From Paraspadella gotoi (Eukaryota; Animalia; Chaetognatha), in the NCBI GenBank assembly GCA_051294375.1, contig JBJCIZ010000007.1:1-29946 (forward strand): a stretch of 29,946 nucleotides of DNA, given 5' to 3'. How positions within the stretch are numbered: the stretch's first letter is position 1; each line of letters begins with the position of its first letter. A program made the translations under genes and the position numbers. The notes beneath the pieces are model-generated. The model saw only the letters and a program-made list of their open reading frames with translations, did not search any database and was not told the origin of the DNA. Positions 1 through 11,205 of this stretch are shown piece by piece.

Positions 1-429
1 CCTCCTCCCCCTGACGACTCTCCACAAACTCCACGCCCACAACCAAGATGATGGCGACGCCACTGTGACATTCAGGACCCAAGTGGGCGTCTCGGACCAA
101 GAGAGGGGCACAAGATAGAGGCCTCACCCTTACCCGCAGAACCTCTCTCTCCACCGGGCCTTCTCTTCCCCCTCTCAAACGCCTCCTCTCCCTCGTCGTC
201 CCCGTCCTCTTCCAATCGCCCGGAGTCACGGATAGGTTCTTGGAGATTCGGATTACCTCTCAACTCTCTCCTCTCGGTTCGGGGTCTTGGAAAACTTCCC
301 TCTCCCCTTTTCTCCCTTTATATGTACCCTTGATACCTCTTTGTTTATATCTATTTTCACTATTACCATTATAATACTTACCCTACTACCCTCTTTTTCA
401 CGATGAAGAAGACTAGTTAGATTACTACC

Positions 430-3400
430 TTGTAGCTAGATAACCGCATCTTCCCAGGCCTTTGTTATTAGCTTTTTAGTCTTCAGCAAACTCTTCAGGT
501 ATTTCTACATCTCTAAATGATGTGGTGTATTTTGCCAATCCTGGCTCTTTTTAAAGAGTGTATCCTCTGCTTGTTCATAGCATGTTTCTGGCTTGACAAA
601 GCGTGTTAGGAAGGTCAGCCAGTTGTTCATTCGTTTTGCACAGGATTGTGCAAAACAGAATGAATTCTCTCATGTGAAGCAGAGGGGTTCTTACAGATGC
701 AGGAACGGCAGCTATCTCTTTCTCTAGCCCAATTGTGGACTGATGAAGAGTCTGTTATACACGAAAATTTGCGGAACCTAAGCAAGAGTGCCATCTGGTC
801 TAGGGCATTAGCCAAGCCAACTAACTCTTTCCTATGATATGAAATCCCATTTGGGATTTAGAAAACATACGGGAGACAAGTATATTGCCATTAGCTTTGT
901 TGTCACCGTAGAGTGAACAGTGCAGCACCATAGCTAATTTCTGATGCATCAGTAAATAGCTAAGAATACGCTTATCAACATCATCTTTTGTGAGGAGATG
1001 TAAGCCATTAGAATTGGTTATCAAATGAGAGCATCTCACGAAGGTGGACTACCATTTTTGGTGTCAGCTAACCTGCTAGCTGATTCTTTTGTCTATCCAA
1101 TTCCATGTAAAGGTGTTTTTGCTCATTTGCAAATCTTGGGCTGAAGGACCTAAAAAATCTCCAATGACTGGGCCAGTTGCAATATTTTCTTCCTGCTTGA
1201 TGGAAGAGCGCTTGATGAATAGTCAGAGAGTTTTTTCGTCCTGGGTATATTTTGCCACCTTTAAATTCAAACCCAAGAAATTGAAAATCTCCATCGTCCT
1301 CAACATTCATAGCAAACTGAAACTTCTCCTGGTTTAAGCAATAAGTTTTGATGTTTGCATCGCTTAAGAAAAGTTTCATATTGGTCTATGCTTTCATCTA
1401 CATTTTGAGCCTTGAGCGAAAAATTATCAGCATAGCTGATGCATGTACCTATTTCAAAGTCATCACGAAATATCAGCTCTATCACACGGGATGTGCAGCT
1501 AAAGCTAGGTGATGATCCCATTGTAACCCGTTGAAAGTTATAACCTTTGCCATCACCTCCATAGATGGCTGTGACAGGCCGTGATTGTTGGGATATTACA
1601 ATATTGTAAAAAAAATTGGAGAAATCAATCACGGTATAAAAAGCATTACTTTCAGTGTAGCTGAGCATTTCTCTAATACTTACCAAGTAGTTAGAAAAAG
1701 GCTTTAGGGCCTTGCACAAATGTGCTTGGTCAGCTACAAACCTGAAGTTTGCTGCTATCTCTTCATCTGTTGCTTCTTTCAATTGCTCAATAGATTCTAT
1801 CTGCAAATTTTCTTTTCAATAACAAAAGCATTTGCAACAGATGAGTATCGTGAAGGTCCAGCACATTGGCTTTCAATAGTATATCAATGTATCTAGAAAG
1901 CAACTGCTTTTGGAATACTCTGTTGGCCTAGGACTACTGCAGTAACCATTGTAGGGTCATAGGCAAGGTCAACTGCATAGTCCCTAACTCCCGCTTCAGA
2001 GTGCGTTAAATGGTAGCAAAAAGGCATCTATATTGCCATGTAAGATTTTGGCATCTTTTCTTTTGTGATTCATTTAGCCTTTTGCCTATTACCACTTTGC
2101 TCATGAGAGCATCCCAACCTTTACCATCCCAGTATTTCTGAATATCATTTTGTACTTTTTCAATTGCTGCTGCTATTTCCTCCTTTGATTTATCGTCTCT
2201 ATCTATGATAGACGTAAATTTGAGGATTGGGTACATTACTATCATCATGTTCCTCAATGTCAGTGAGACGGTCTGCTAACCAGTCTGGTATGTCTTCCCC
2301 TGTATATTCATCTTCCTGGGTACTTCTGATCTCTCCATCATCACTGTCACAATCAGAGATTTCCCCTTTTTCCTTTTCATCATTATCATGCAGACCCAAG
2401 AAGCATGATTCTAGATCAGGTGTCTGTGATAAAAATTGTGATTCATGATCATGACTTATCACAGACACATTTGCCATAGTTGTTGTTTCAGCAAGAAGCA
2501 TCCTGCTAGCTCTTTGTCTAACTTTGAATCAACAACTGGTTTAATAATACCCAGGATCATCCCAGCTGGTAGCTTGATGGTATGTTTTGTGTCATTTCTA
2601 ATTACCACCATTATAGCATTTTCATAATAATTATGCCTTTTATTGATGAGAAGATTCAAAGCATAAACTCCAGTTATATTTGTTATGCCATTTTCAAAAT
2701 GCCTCTGAGTGCCTGAGTATCTCATGCCTCTTGTTGCCCCAATATATAATTTTATATAATTTTGCTTTCTGGGGGAATAATTCTATCCTCATCAAGCTTA
2801 ATTATATCTCCACTTATAGAAATGTAGTTACTCTCTACAATGGATATGCTTAATAGCATCTGATGTCCAAACATTAAAGGTATAGTTATGGGTTCTGTTA
2901 GTGAAAGTGAATCCTTCTTAAGTTTGAACTTATAAGCTTGTAGGAAAGAGTTTCCCACCAGAATAAAAGATGCTGGGTATTTGGGGTTATCAACTACTAA
3001 AAATGTCATCATTAACTTTACTACTATCAGGTCCACCAATGCACTTGCTTTCTTATTTATAATAACAGTGCCATTGCTGTATGGATAGTAGTAGAATCTG
3101 CAGTCTCTATAGGCATTTGCAGTTCTTTTGTCATTTGGTAACTGATGAGGAGGAGAGGCACAGATCTAAATCATTGTTTTGATAATTTATAATTTTATTA
3201 TTAAATATTCCAACTAAAAACAGGCTTGAACCTTTTCTTTTTGGGTGGGTTCAATACTTGTTGGAAAGTTATTGTTTGGTGTTGATTAATGGGTGATGGA
3301 GCCCATTGTTTAACCATATTAGATATACTACTTTTATTGTTTGGTTGAGTTATATGGTTAGGGCTATCATCCGATTTAATAAACAAATATTTTGTGAAGG

Positions 3401-4366
3401 CTCATCATTTTATGGAAGTTCATTTGTAAGGTTTGGATCCCAGTTATTATCTATGCTGGGGTCTGAAACATGCAAATCCTGTACAATTTTATCATTATTA
3501 TGCTCATTTTGGCTATATTCAGAGTTTAATAAACCTTCTGGTTTTTTTTTTTGAAAATGTCTCCCCAAGGGTACAGAAACTGGGGGAACAACGAGTTTTC
3601 GGCCCCTGGGGAATCGTTTTTGGGCGGCGAAATACTCTCGTTTTTATTTCACCCTTCAGGGGCAAAGTTTCTTTTTGGTTTTGCCTGAGTCATTTTTACT
3701 GACATTTTCCTTCAGGATGTCATAAATTGTCTGTTTTGTCAGCTCGTCGCCCGCGGCGTTTATCAGAATTATCGAGTTTCAGGGTGGGGGATGAGGGGGT
3801 TTGGGGATGACAGCTGGAGGTGACAGATTGTCAGCATTCTTGGGCGACAATTCGTCACTGTCAACAGCGGCGACGGCGACTTCGACATCGGCTTTTTCAA
3901 AGTAAATGTCAACAAAAATATTTTTATTGAAGCTAAAGAATTATGTTATAAAATTTTTATTTTGTTTGGCAATGTTTTGTTTGCTTATATTCGGTTTGTT
4001 TACATTGTTTACATTGCTAATATCTTGTTTGTTTATGTTGTTATTATTTTGTTCATTTAAATTTTGGGATTTAAATTTTTGTTTATTTACATTTTGCTTG
4101 GGAGCCCAATAATAGAGTTCATCGTTGGCTATAATATCTATGTTACAGTTAGTTGCTGCGGCCACAGCGTCAATGATGACGCCCCCGGGCAGATCAGAAA
4201 GGTGATTTGTAAATTGCTCATTAGGCTTCCCGTCAAAAAGGGTAACAAAAGATTTCACAATAAATTGTTCCAGATTATGTACATATGGAAATTCGTCAAT
4301 TACATAATCATGAATTAGTTGGGTGAGGCTTTGAAAGCAAATTTCACCCGGGGACGTCAGTGGCCG
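430..4366 (-). pseudogene. pol: Degraded Ty3/Gypsy-type pol (unknown N-terminal region, aspartic protease, dUTPase-like spacer, RT, RNase H); no integrase seen
   Basis: Ordered motifs across frameshifted fragments. Protease: degenerate TMI-DSGAS-like site ~3155-3180, flap 'TIHTA-GTV', 'FILVGNSFL' (2752-3039). Spacer: 'VVIRNDTKHTIKLPAGMILGIIKPV' (2459-2725). RT: 'FRFVAD', 'IDFSNFFYNI', 'YNFQRVTMG', 'YADN' (1300-1806), 'FQFLGF' (1068-1379). RNase H: 'LFTDASEISYGAAL' (~960-920), 'FSCITDSSS' (627-815), 'QLAD-FLTR' (~625-600). Confidence 0.9.
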
Positions 4367-5599
4367 TCAATTGTTACCATTTGTTTGCTGTCGGAAGGGG
4401 CACCAACGCGTCAGATGGTCATCTTCAACATTGCAGATGACGCAAAAATCTTTGAACTGGCAATGTGAGCTGTGATGCAGATTAACTTGTCTGCAATNNN
4501 NNNNNNNNNNNNNNNNNNNNNNNNNNNNNNNNNNNNNNNNNNNNNNNNNNNNNNNNNNNNNNNNNNNNNNNNNNNNNNNNNNNNNNNNNNNNNNNNNATT
4601 ATGCTTATTTTGGCTAATTTCAGAGTTTAATAAACCTTCTGGTTTATTTTTCTGAAAATGTCTCCCCAAGGGTACAGAAATTGGGGGGAACAACGAGTTT
4701 TCGGCCCCTGGGGAATCGTTTTTGGGCGGCGAAATACTCTCGTTCTTATTTTCACCCTTCAGGGGCAAAGTTTCTTTTTGGGGTTTGCCTGAGTCATTTT
4801 TACTGACATTTCCCTTCAGGATGCCATAATTGTCTGTTTGTCAGCTCGTCGCCCGCGGCGTTTATCAGAAATTCTCGAGTTTCAACTCTCATTTCTAACA
4901 GTTGCGCGAAGCAGGGTGGGGGGTGAGGGGGTTTGGGGATGACAGCTGGAGGTGACAGATTGTCAGCATTCTTGGGCGACAATTCGTCACTGTCAACAGC
5001 GGCGACGGCGACTTCGACATCGGCTTTTTCAAAGTAATGTCAACAAAAATATTTTTATTGAAGCTAAAGAATAATGTATAAAATTTTATTTTGTTAGCAA
5101 TGTTTTGTTTGCTTATATCGGTTTGTTTACAACGTTTACATTGCTTATATTTTGATTGTTTTACAATTTTGGGATTTAGAATTTTGTTTATTTACATTTT
5201 GCTTGGAGCCAATAATAGAGTTCATCATTGGCTATAATATCTATGTTACAGTTAGTTGCTGCGGCCACAGCGTCAATGATGACGCCCCGGGCAGATCAGA
5301 AAGGTGATTTGTAATTGCTCATTAGGCTTCCCGTCACAAAGGGTAACAAAAGATTTCACAATAAATTGTTCTAGATTATGTACATATGGAAATTCGTCAA
5401 TTACATAATCATGAATAGTTGGTGAGGCTTTGAAAGCAAATTTCACCCCGCCGGGACGTCAGTGGCCGTCAATTGTTACCATTTGTTTGCTGTCGGAAAG
5501 GGCACCAACGAGTCAGATGGTCATCTTCGACATTGCAGATGACGCAATAATCTTTGAACTGGCAATGTGAGCTGTGATGCAGATTAACTTGTCTGCAAT
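3497..5599. repeat. ~1 kb direct duplication (3497-4497 vs 4598-5599) on either side of a 100-N gap
   Basis: Both copies run from attatgct.atttt to ctgcaat and abut the gap. They differ by homopolymer indels, a few substitutions and a ~30-bp indel near 3780/4884. Confidence 0.95.
4498..4597. other. Scaffold gap (100 N)
   Basis: Run of N. Confidence 1.
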
Positions 5600-7541
5600 T
5601 TAGACAGACTCTACCTTTGAAACCCAGCTGTCTCTCAGCGTCCAAAGGGAGTCGGTTTGCCGCCGGCGCGCCGCTAGTCGGTCTGCCTTTCTCGGCCGAA
5701 AAGTGACGGAACCGTCGGGTCTGACAAAAGGCTGCTGCTGCTGCGGTGCTGCCGGATTCGCTACTGCTGCTGCGGGAGCGATCGACGGAAAAGCGACCTG
5801 CGGCTGCTCTGCTGCGGCTGCTGAGCGGCTGCGCTGCCTGCTGTTGTTGTTGTGGTTGTTGTTGTTGTTGTTGAAATCGATTATTCTGTCTAAACTGTTG
5901 GTAAGGCTGCCTGGCCGTATATTGAGGCTGACCGGGTGCCTTAAACTGGTTTTGAAACTGTTGTTGTCGTTGTTTCCTAGGCGACCACTTTGACAGCAAT
6001 TCTCTGCAAAACATCGCCATATCGGTAAGGTCGGCCATCTGCCTTATTTCAGATCCTAACCATTCCGGGTAATTCCCGCCGTCTAAGAAACGGGCTTTTA
6101 TTTTGAAAATTCTTTTCCCTTCATAACCTTTCGTCGACGTCGGAATGTCGAGGGCGTCAAAGCCCTCTTCGAGGCGTTCCAGAAAATCTACCGGATCTTC
6201 GTCATTGCCTCTCGTCATTCCATAGAAACGGTCATGAGCGTCTAGCGTACAATGGTCAAAGTCACAAGCATCAAGGACTTTTAAAATCGCTTTGACCGTC
6301 AGTTTTTGGCAGTCAAGGCCGGCCGCCGCACTTTGTTTTAAAAATTTTGTCCCGTAAGACGATTTGGAGGCGTGGTTGAACAGCTCTCCGGCTATTTTGC
6401 TATCTTTGTATCCTTTATATACAAATGTGTTAATGTAAGTCTTAAGGGTTAGAACGTAATCGGAAAAGGATTCACTCAATTCCCTTGTTGGAAAGTTTTT
6501 CGCTTTCAACGGAATGGAGGTATCGATCTCCGGATTATCGTCATCTTCCTCTTCACCGCTCTCAAGCCCGACGATGAGGGCTCGATGGTCACCGCTTCGC
6601 GACTCTTGCCCTCGGCCCTGACGACTAGCGTCACTTCCGGCGCTCGTGCCTCTGATGCCCGACAACATCGTCGTCATCTCCTTTAGCTGATTTTTGTAAG
6701 TATCTCTTTTTTTATAGACGCGTTTTAATTCGTCTTTGAGATGCTGTACATTAGCAAGGGCGTCAGCTATTTCCGCCGAACGTCTTTTTGGCAAGGGCGG
6801 CGGTGGGCGTGGCTCATCATCTGGCGGCCCGTCATCTCTAATAGATGGCGTTCTTTTTAAAGAGCGACGCGTCGATGATCGTGCGGCTATCGACTCTGAG
6901 GCGGTGGCGGCTTCCGGCGCTCGATGGATAGGGGGGGAAGGAGACAAGATGCGTCTTCCTCGTCGATCAACTTCCTTTCTATTTCTCTATGAGCGGAAGC
7001 CGCCATTTTGGTTTGCGTTTCTGCTTTTAGCGCCTCCATTGCGGCGTGTAACTCTGCGTTTTCTCTCGCCAAATCTTCATTTTTATCTTTATAATTAGCG
7101 ACTTACGCTTCAGCGTCATCTAGACATTGCCGAAGTCGGGTGTTATCTCGCTGCCTTTGGGAAGACTCTGACGTAAGTGACGAGATGTCTAGATGAAGCC
7201 TTTCATTTGCAAGGCAAATGCCTTCTGTCTCATGCTCGCTTGAGCGATATCATCATCGTCCAAATCATCGCCGTCACTAGAGTCAGAATCTATCGGCGGC
7301 GGAGTCGGTCTATGCGCCTGAAACTGGGGTAAGGACGCCCACGTCTCTGGCGGCGGAAGCTCCTGTTCAGCGCCAGCGCCAGCGTCTCTCGATTTCGACG
7401 GGAGGCGGTCGCATTGTGGACCGCTAAAGTCAAGCGATCTCGAACGCGATCGCGCGCGCCGGCGGACGCTTTTCTCTGCGCCCTCTTTCTCACCTCCGGT
7501 ATTGTCGCCGCTCTGGCCGTCGGGCGGACAAGGTCACTCAT
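5469..7541 (-). pseudogene. gag: Long gag-like ORF (~690 codons, a few frameshifts and one stop upstream of 6947)
   Basis: ORFs 7290-7541 (Arg-rich), an acidic patch DSDSSDGDDLDDDD, a coiled coil (6887-7200) and the 492-aa ORF 5469-6947 join by frameshifts. Contains a capsid-like 'FYGMTRGNDEDPVDFLERLEEGF', a Gln-rich linker and two Cys/His knuckles (CLNCRQVNLHHSSHC, CVICNVEDDHLTRWC). Lies directly upstream of pol. Confidence 0.85.
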
Positions 7542-8658
7542 TCTGATGACCCGACGTTGAGGGCGGGGGGAGAAAAGAGGTAGCGGTGCGCCCGGGCGAA
7601 GGGGCTGCCGGCGGAAAATATCTTTGAATTTAATTGTTATTGTAAGTGTTCAACTATTTGATGATAGTTAATATTTTTGTATAATTTTGTCTTTTTTTTG
7701 AAAGAAACTCAGCCGTTTACAGTTTATACGTTTATATATATTCTCAAAAAAAAATTGCTCTTTTGTTTTTGATCAATTTTTCTCTCGATCTGTATTTTCG
7801 ACTTTTTGGCCGTTTTTCTTTTTTTTTTTTTCTCAGAGAGAAAAAGAAGGGGGGGGGAGCGACTTTGCTAAACGTTTCAAGAATATTCTCTCTTCCAAAG
7901 TTTTTGCGAGGATAAGAAATATCGGCGACACAGTCGTTTCGATAAATCTTCTCAACTCCGCAACTTTTGGATCGATCAAAAAAAGAGAAAAATTCTTTTG
8001 ATAAAATGTTGGACGTTTTAGCGTCGCAGCCTCAAACGGAGTCAGACAGAGAGAGAAAAATTTTCTTTTGAGAGAGAGACTGTTACGGCGAGTTTTGGTT
8101 TATTTTATGTTATGTTTATAATTTTGTTTTGTTGTTTTTTAGTTTTATAGTTTTCTTCCTAACGGATTATTTGTAAAGTGCCTTCCTAACAATTTAGATT
8201 TTAACGCTAGAGTCCATCGGAAAAAAAAGAAGAGAGAGAGGTGGAGGGGGTGAAGATTGGGGGTCGGCGGTGAAAGAGAAGAGAGAAAGAAAAGAAACGA
8301 TGAAAGAAAGTTCTGATGACGACACTGATCAGTTAGTCTCCAGAGTATTCTAATTTAGTAAATGATTAGTTTTTGAGTTTAGTAGGAATAGTCGCGGGTT
8401 TTTTTTTATTTAGTTTAAAGTTTATGTTTTTTCGCTTTAATGTTTCTGTTTTTCGTTTATTTTTTTTTATTTTTTTTTTTGGGGGTGGGGTTTTGAGAAA
8501 TCGACAGTTGGAGTTTTTAACGCTATTGTTGGGGGGGGTATCGAAAAGGTTCTTCGGGCTATTGGGGGCTGGGGGTACGGGCGTCATGTCATTAACAGGA
8601 AAGTCAGGGGGAGGAGGGAAATGGGACCTGATCTCCTTCGCTCTACCGACTGACTTAC

Positions 8659-8886
8659 TTGTCCGCCTCTGTTGTTAAAGGCGTATACAGTTTCATTGAC
8701 CCTCAAAGCGACTTCGATCGTCGTCGTGATTTTGTAGTCCACGTCTTCGGGAAGAAAATCAGGATCGCGCTGGTAGGCGAGAGCGGCGTCTTGCTTGGCT
8801 GCGTCATCGTCGGCGGGCGCGGTCGGAGCGGCGGTCAGCCAATGAGCAAAAATTCGAGCAAGACGCAGGAGGTTGAATCTTTCCAT
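8659..8886 (-). CDS. Possible first coding exon of an orphan gene upstream of gag
   Basis: GC-rich ATG-initiated ORF MERFNLL...NRGGQ ending at a consensus donor CAA|GTAAGT. Downstream exon not identified. Confidence 0.35.
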
Positions 8887-9529
8887 CGGGAAAGGCGCAT
8901 AGAGATAAAGAATGAGAGAGAGAAAGAGAGAGAAGGGGAGAAAAGTGGCGGTGGGAGAAAGAAATTTTAAATTTTGAAAGTTTAGTTCTGATTTAGTCTA
9001 TTATAGAGTTTGTTGTCGTTTTGAAGTTGAAAGTTTAAAGTTGAAACAAATGTTTTTGTTTTCGTTTTAAAGTTGAAACAAATGTTTTCGTCTTTTTTTT
9101 TGATAGTGTCAAATTCCTCAGAAGATAAACGACTTTACAGTTTTTAACGTTTGTGGAGGAAAGGACGGGAAGCGGGGGAAGGTCAAAAGGTGAGATGAGA
9201 GATAGATAAGGGAAAGCGGCAGGACGATAGTTCAGAAAAAGGAGGTGAGAACGATTGTCGGCTGACGAAAATTAATCCAGGGCGTAGAAAATTAGTCCAG
9301 GATTAGAGAAAAAAAAATGTTCAGGTGGCGGAAAAAATTTGGGTCAATGTCGGCGTGGGAGGAAACGGAATTGAACGTTGAACGGAGAGAGAAAGTGGGT
9401 GAGGTTTGGGGGAGGGGTCAAGGTTATTTTCGTTATTTTTGTTTATCTTGGGCTCTTTTTTTTTTTGAAGTCAAGGTGAGTTAGGATTTTTTTGCCGGTA
9501 GAGGCACAGGACTCGAAGGTTGGGGCCTT

Positions 9530-9718
9530 ATGTGGTTAATGTTCGAGCGACGTCACAAGGGCGCCACTCTAACTGGAGGGCTCTGGGCCTATCTGTATCT
9601 CAAGTCTAGTAGAAACCGAAATGAATGGGAGGAGAATAAATGTATTTCACAACTGAGGTCTAAACTCTATCCGAAAAATATAAAAGGCCCAAAAAAAAGG
9701 GAGAGAGAAAGAGGTTGA
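9530..9718 (+). CDS. Short orphan ORF or exon, probably degraded
   Basis: GC-richer block after a pyrimidine tract and AG (~9500); Trp-containing basic 62-aa ORF with no recognisable domain. Confidence 0.25.
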   Translation: MWLMFERRHKGATLTGGLWAYLYLKSSRNRNEWEENKCISQLRSKLYPKNIKGPKKRERERG

Positions 9719-9963
9719 GAGAGAGGAAAAGATGGACTGAACCTAAAACTTGAACGCGACCCTGAATCCCCGTGAGGAGGATGAGGAGGGAGGAAGAGAA
9801 GAGGAGCTATAGATCCGCGTAGTCTATCGGCCTTCGATTCTGTCACCCACTTCAACTCAAAAGTAAATAAACCACGATGACATACGCCTTTGGTCTCGGT
9901 TGGTTAATTTTTTTGACTGTCATAGTATTTTTCAAGACTTCAATATTTTTTGTAGAAAAAAGG

Positions 9964-10650
9964 ATGTCGACACCCGCTACATGGGAGGACATCATGGTCG
10001 CCAACGTCAAAAGGGAGATCGCCCAAATGAAGCAAAGATTGTAAGTGTCGTTGGATTGTTTTGTTTTGTTGCATTGTTTTGTTTGTTTTTTTTTTTTTCA
10101 TTGTTGCGTTGTTTTGTTGCATTCAAATGTTTTGTGCTATAAACTAGGTCAATATTTACAATAGTTACTTGGTCTTTTTTTAATTTTTTTTTTAATTGTT
10201 TAAGAGACGCGAGGAGCGATGGTCTCAAAAAGTGCATTTGCCCAAGTATAAGGACTTATTAAAAGTCGTAGAGAGAGTAAGGTAAGAAAATATAGATTCA
10301 ATATTTTTAAATAGTTAATTAAATGTATCTTTGGATATGAATTTGTTTAGCAATCATCTCCCTTTTCTTTCGTTTCCCATTTTTTTTTTTTGCCAAGGGT
10401 CAACGACGTAATCACGCAAGATTCAAATAACGTGGCCTACAACGAAACAGCGTTGGATCAACTATGGTGAGTCTTATTATTTGTACAAACAAATAGAACG
10501 AAATAATTTCCTTGTGATAATTAATCTTTTGTCTAATTTGCCTTATTATTCACCCTTTCATATTACTTTTCTAGGAAGGAAATGCTCAACCTGAAGTTTT
10601 ATGTGCAGACCCTAGAGGGTCAAATTAATACCCTAGAGAAACTAGTCTAG
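9964..10650 (+). CDS. Spliced orphan gene, ~100 aa, helical or coiled-coil (exons ~9964-10040, 10207-10281, 10398-10466, 10575-10650)
   Basis: Donors GTAAGT (10041), GTAAGA (10282), GTGAGT (10467) and pyrimidine-tract acceptors. Joined exons read openly: MSTPATWEDIMVANVKREIAQMKQRL-REERWSQKVHLPKYKDLLKVVERVR-VNDVITQDSNNVAYNETALDQLW-KEMLNLKFYVQTLEGQINTLEKLV*. The first junction needs either the weak GAG acceptor at 10206 or a 16-nt micro-exon 10148-10163. Confidence 0.7.
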
Positions 10651-10878
10651 GGTATAACCAAAGAGACAAACCGTTTGTTATAGATTAGTAGTTTTTATTG
10701 TTTTTTCGTTTTTATCATTTTTATCGTAAAATAGATTACTGCTTCGTGATTACAAAAAAAGTTTTTAATTTTAATGCAAACTCAGAGAAACCACAAATTA
10801 TTTGATGTCTTAAAAAAATTGTTAGATCAATTACTCCGTTGACAACCAAAAAATATTTATTAATGACAATCTTTTTGA

Positions 10879-11205
10879 TCAATTGGTGGCCCTAAAAAGA
10901 GCCAGATTTTTCGGAATCTCTACTTCAGGTTTGATGTCACCCTTCGGCTCGGTCTTCCCGGTTCGAGAAACCTCCAAATCGACTGAAGGCGGTAGTTTTT
11001 CAGTTCCATGGTCAGTTTCGTGGTCAGTTTCGATGTCAGTTTTTTTTTCCGTGTTGTCAGTTTGAATAATAGCTGGAGGTGGTTCTACCATGGATAAATC
11101 CAACTCCCGCAGATCGTAATCCACGAGAACTGAATTTAAGTCCAAGACCTGGCCACGAACAGCTAAAAGAGCCGAGAGAAAAATCACGATTTTGGCAGCG
11201 AACAT
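10879..11205 (-). CDS. Small putatively secreted orphan protein (108 aa)
   Basis: ATG start, signal-peptide-like MFAAKIVIFLSALLAVRG, then an acidic Thr/Pro-rich body; GC-richer than the flanks. Confidence 0.6.
   Translation of the reverse strand: MFAAKIVIFLSALLAVRGQVLDLNSVLVDYDLRELDLSMVEPPPAIIQTDNTEKKTDIETDHETDHGTEKLPPSVDLEVSRTGKTEPKGDIKPEVEIPKNLALFRATN

Noticed and set aside
5703-7098. Plus-strand ORFs 5703-5993 and 6736-7098, and similar shadow ORFs opposite both pol genes
   Set aside because: Antisense shadows of GC-rich or repetitive coding sequence with no independent signal.
7543-8340. CTGATGA at 7543 and 8313 as further hammerheads
   Set aside because: No correctly placed GAAA and stem III/cleavage triplet follow.
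9985-10002. Minus-strand TGGCGACCATGA resembling a tRNA-Arg primer-binding site
   Set aside because: Short imperfect match, not preceded by an LTR-like CA end, and inside a well-formed plus-strand exon.
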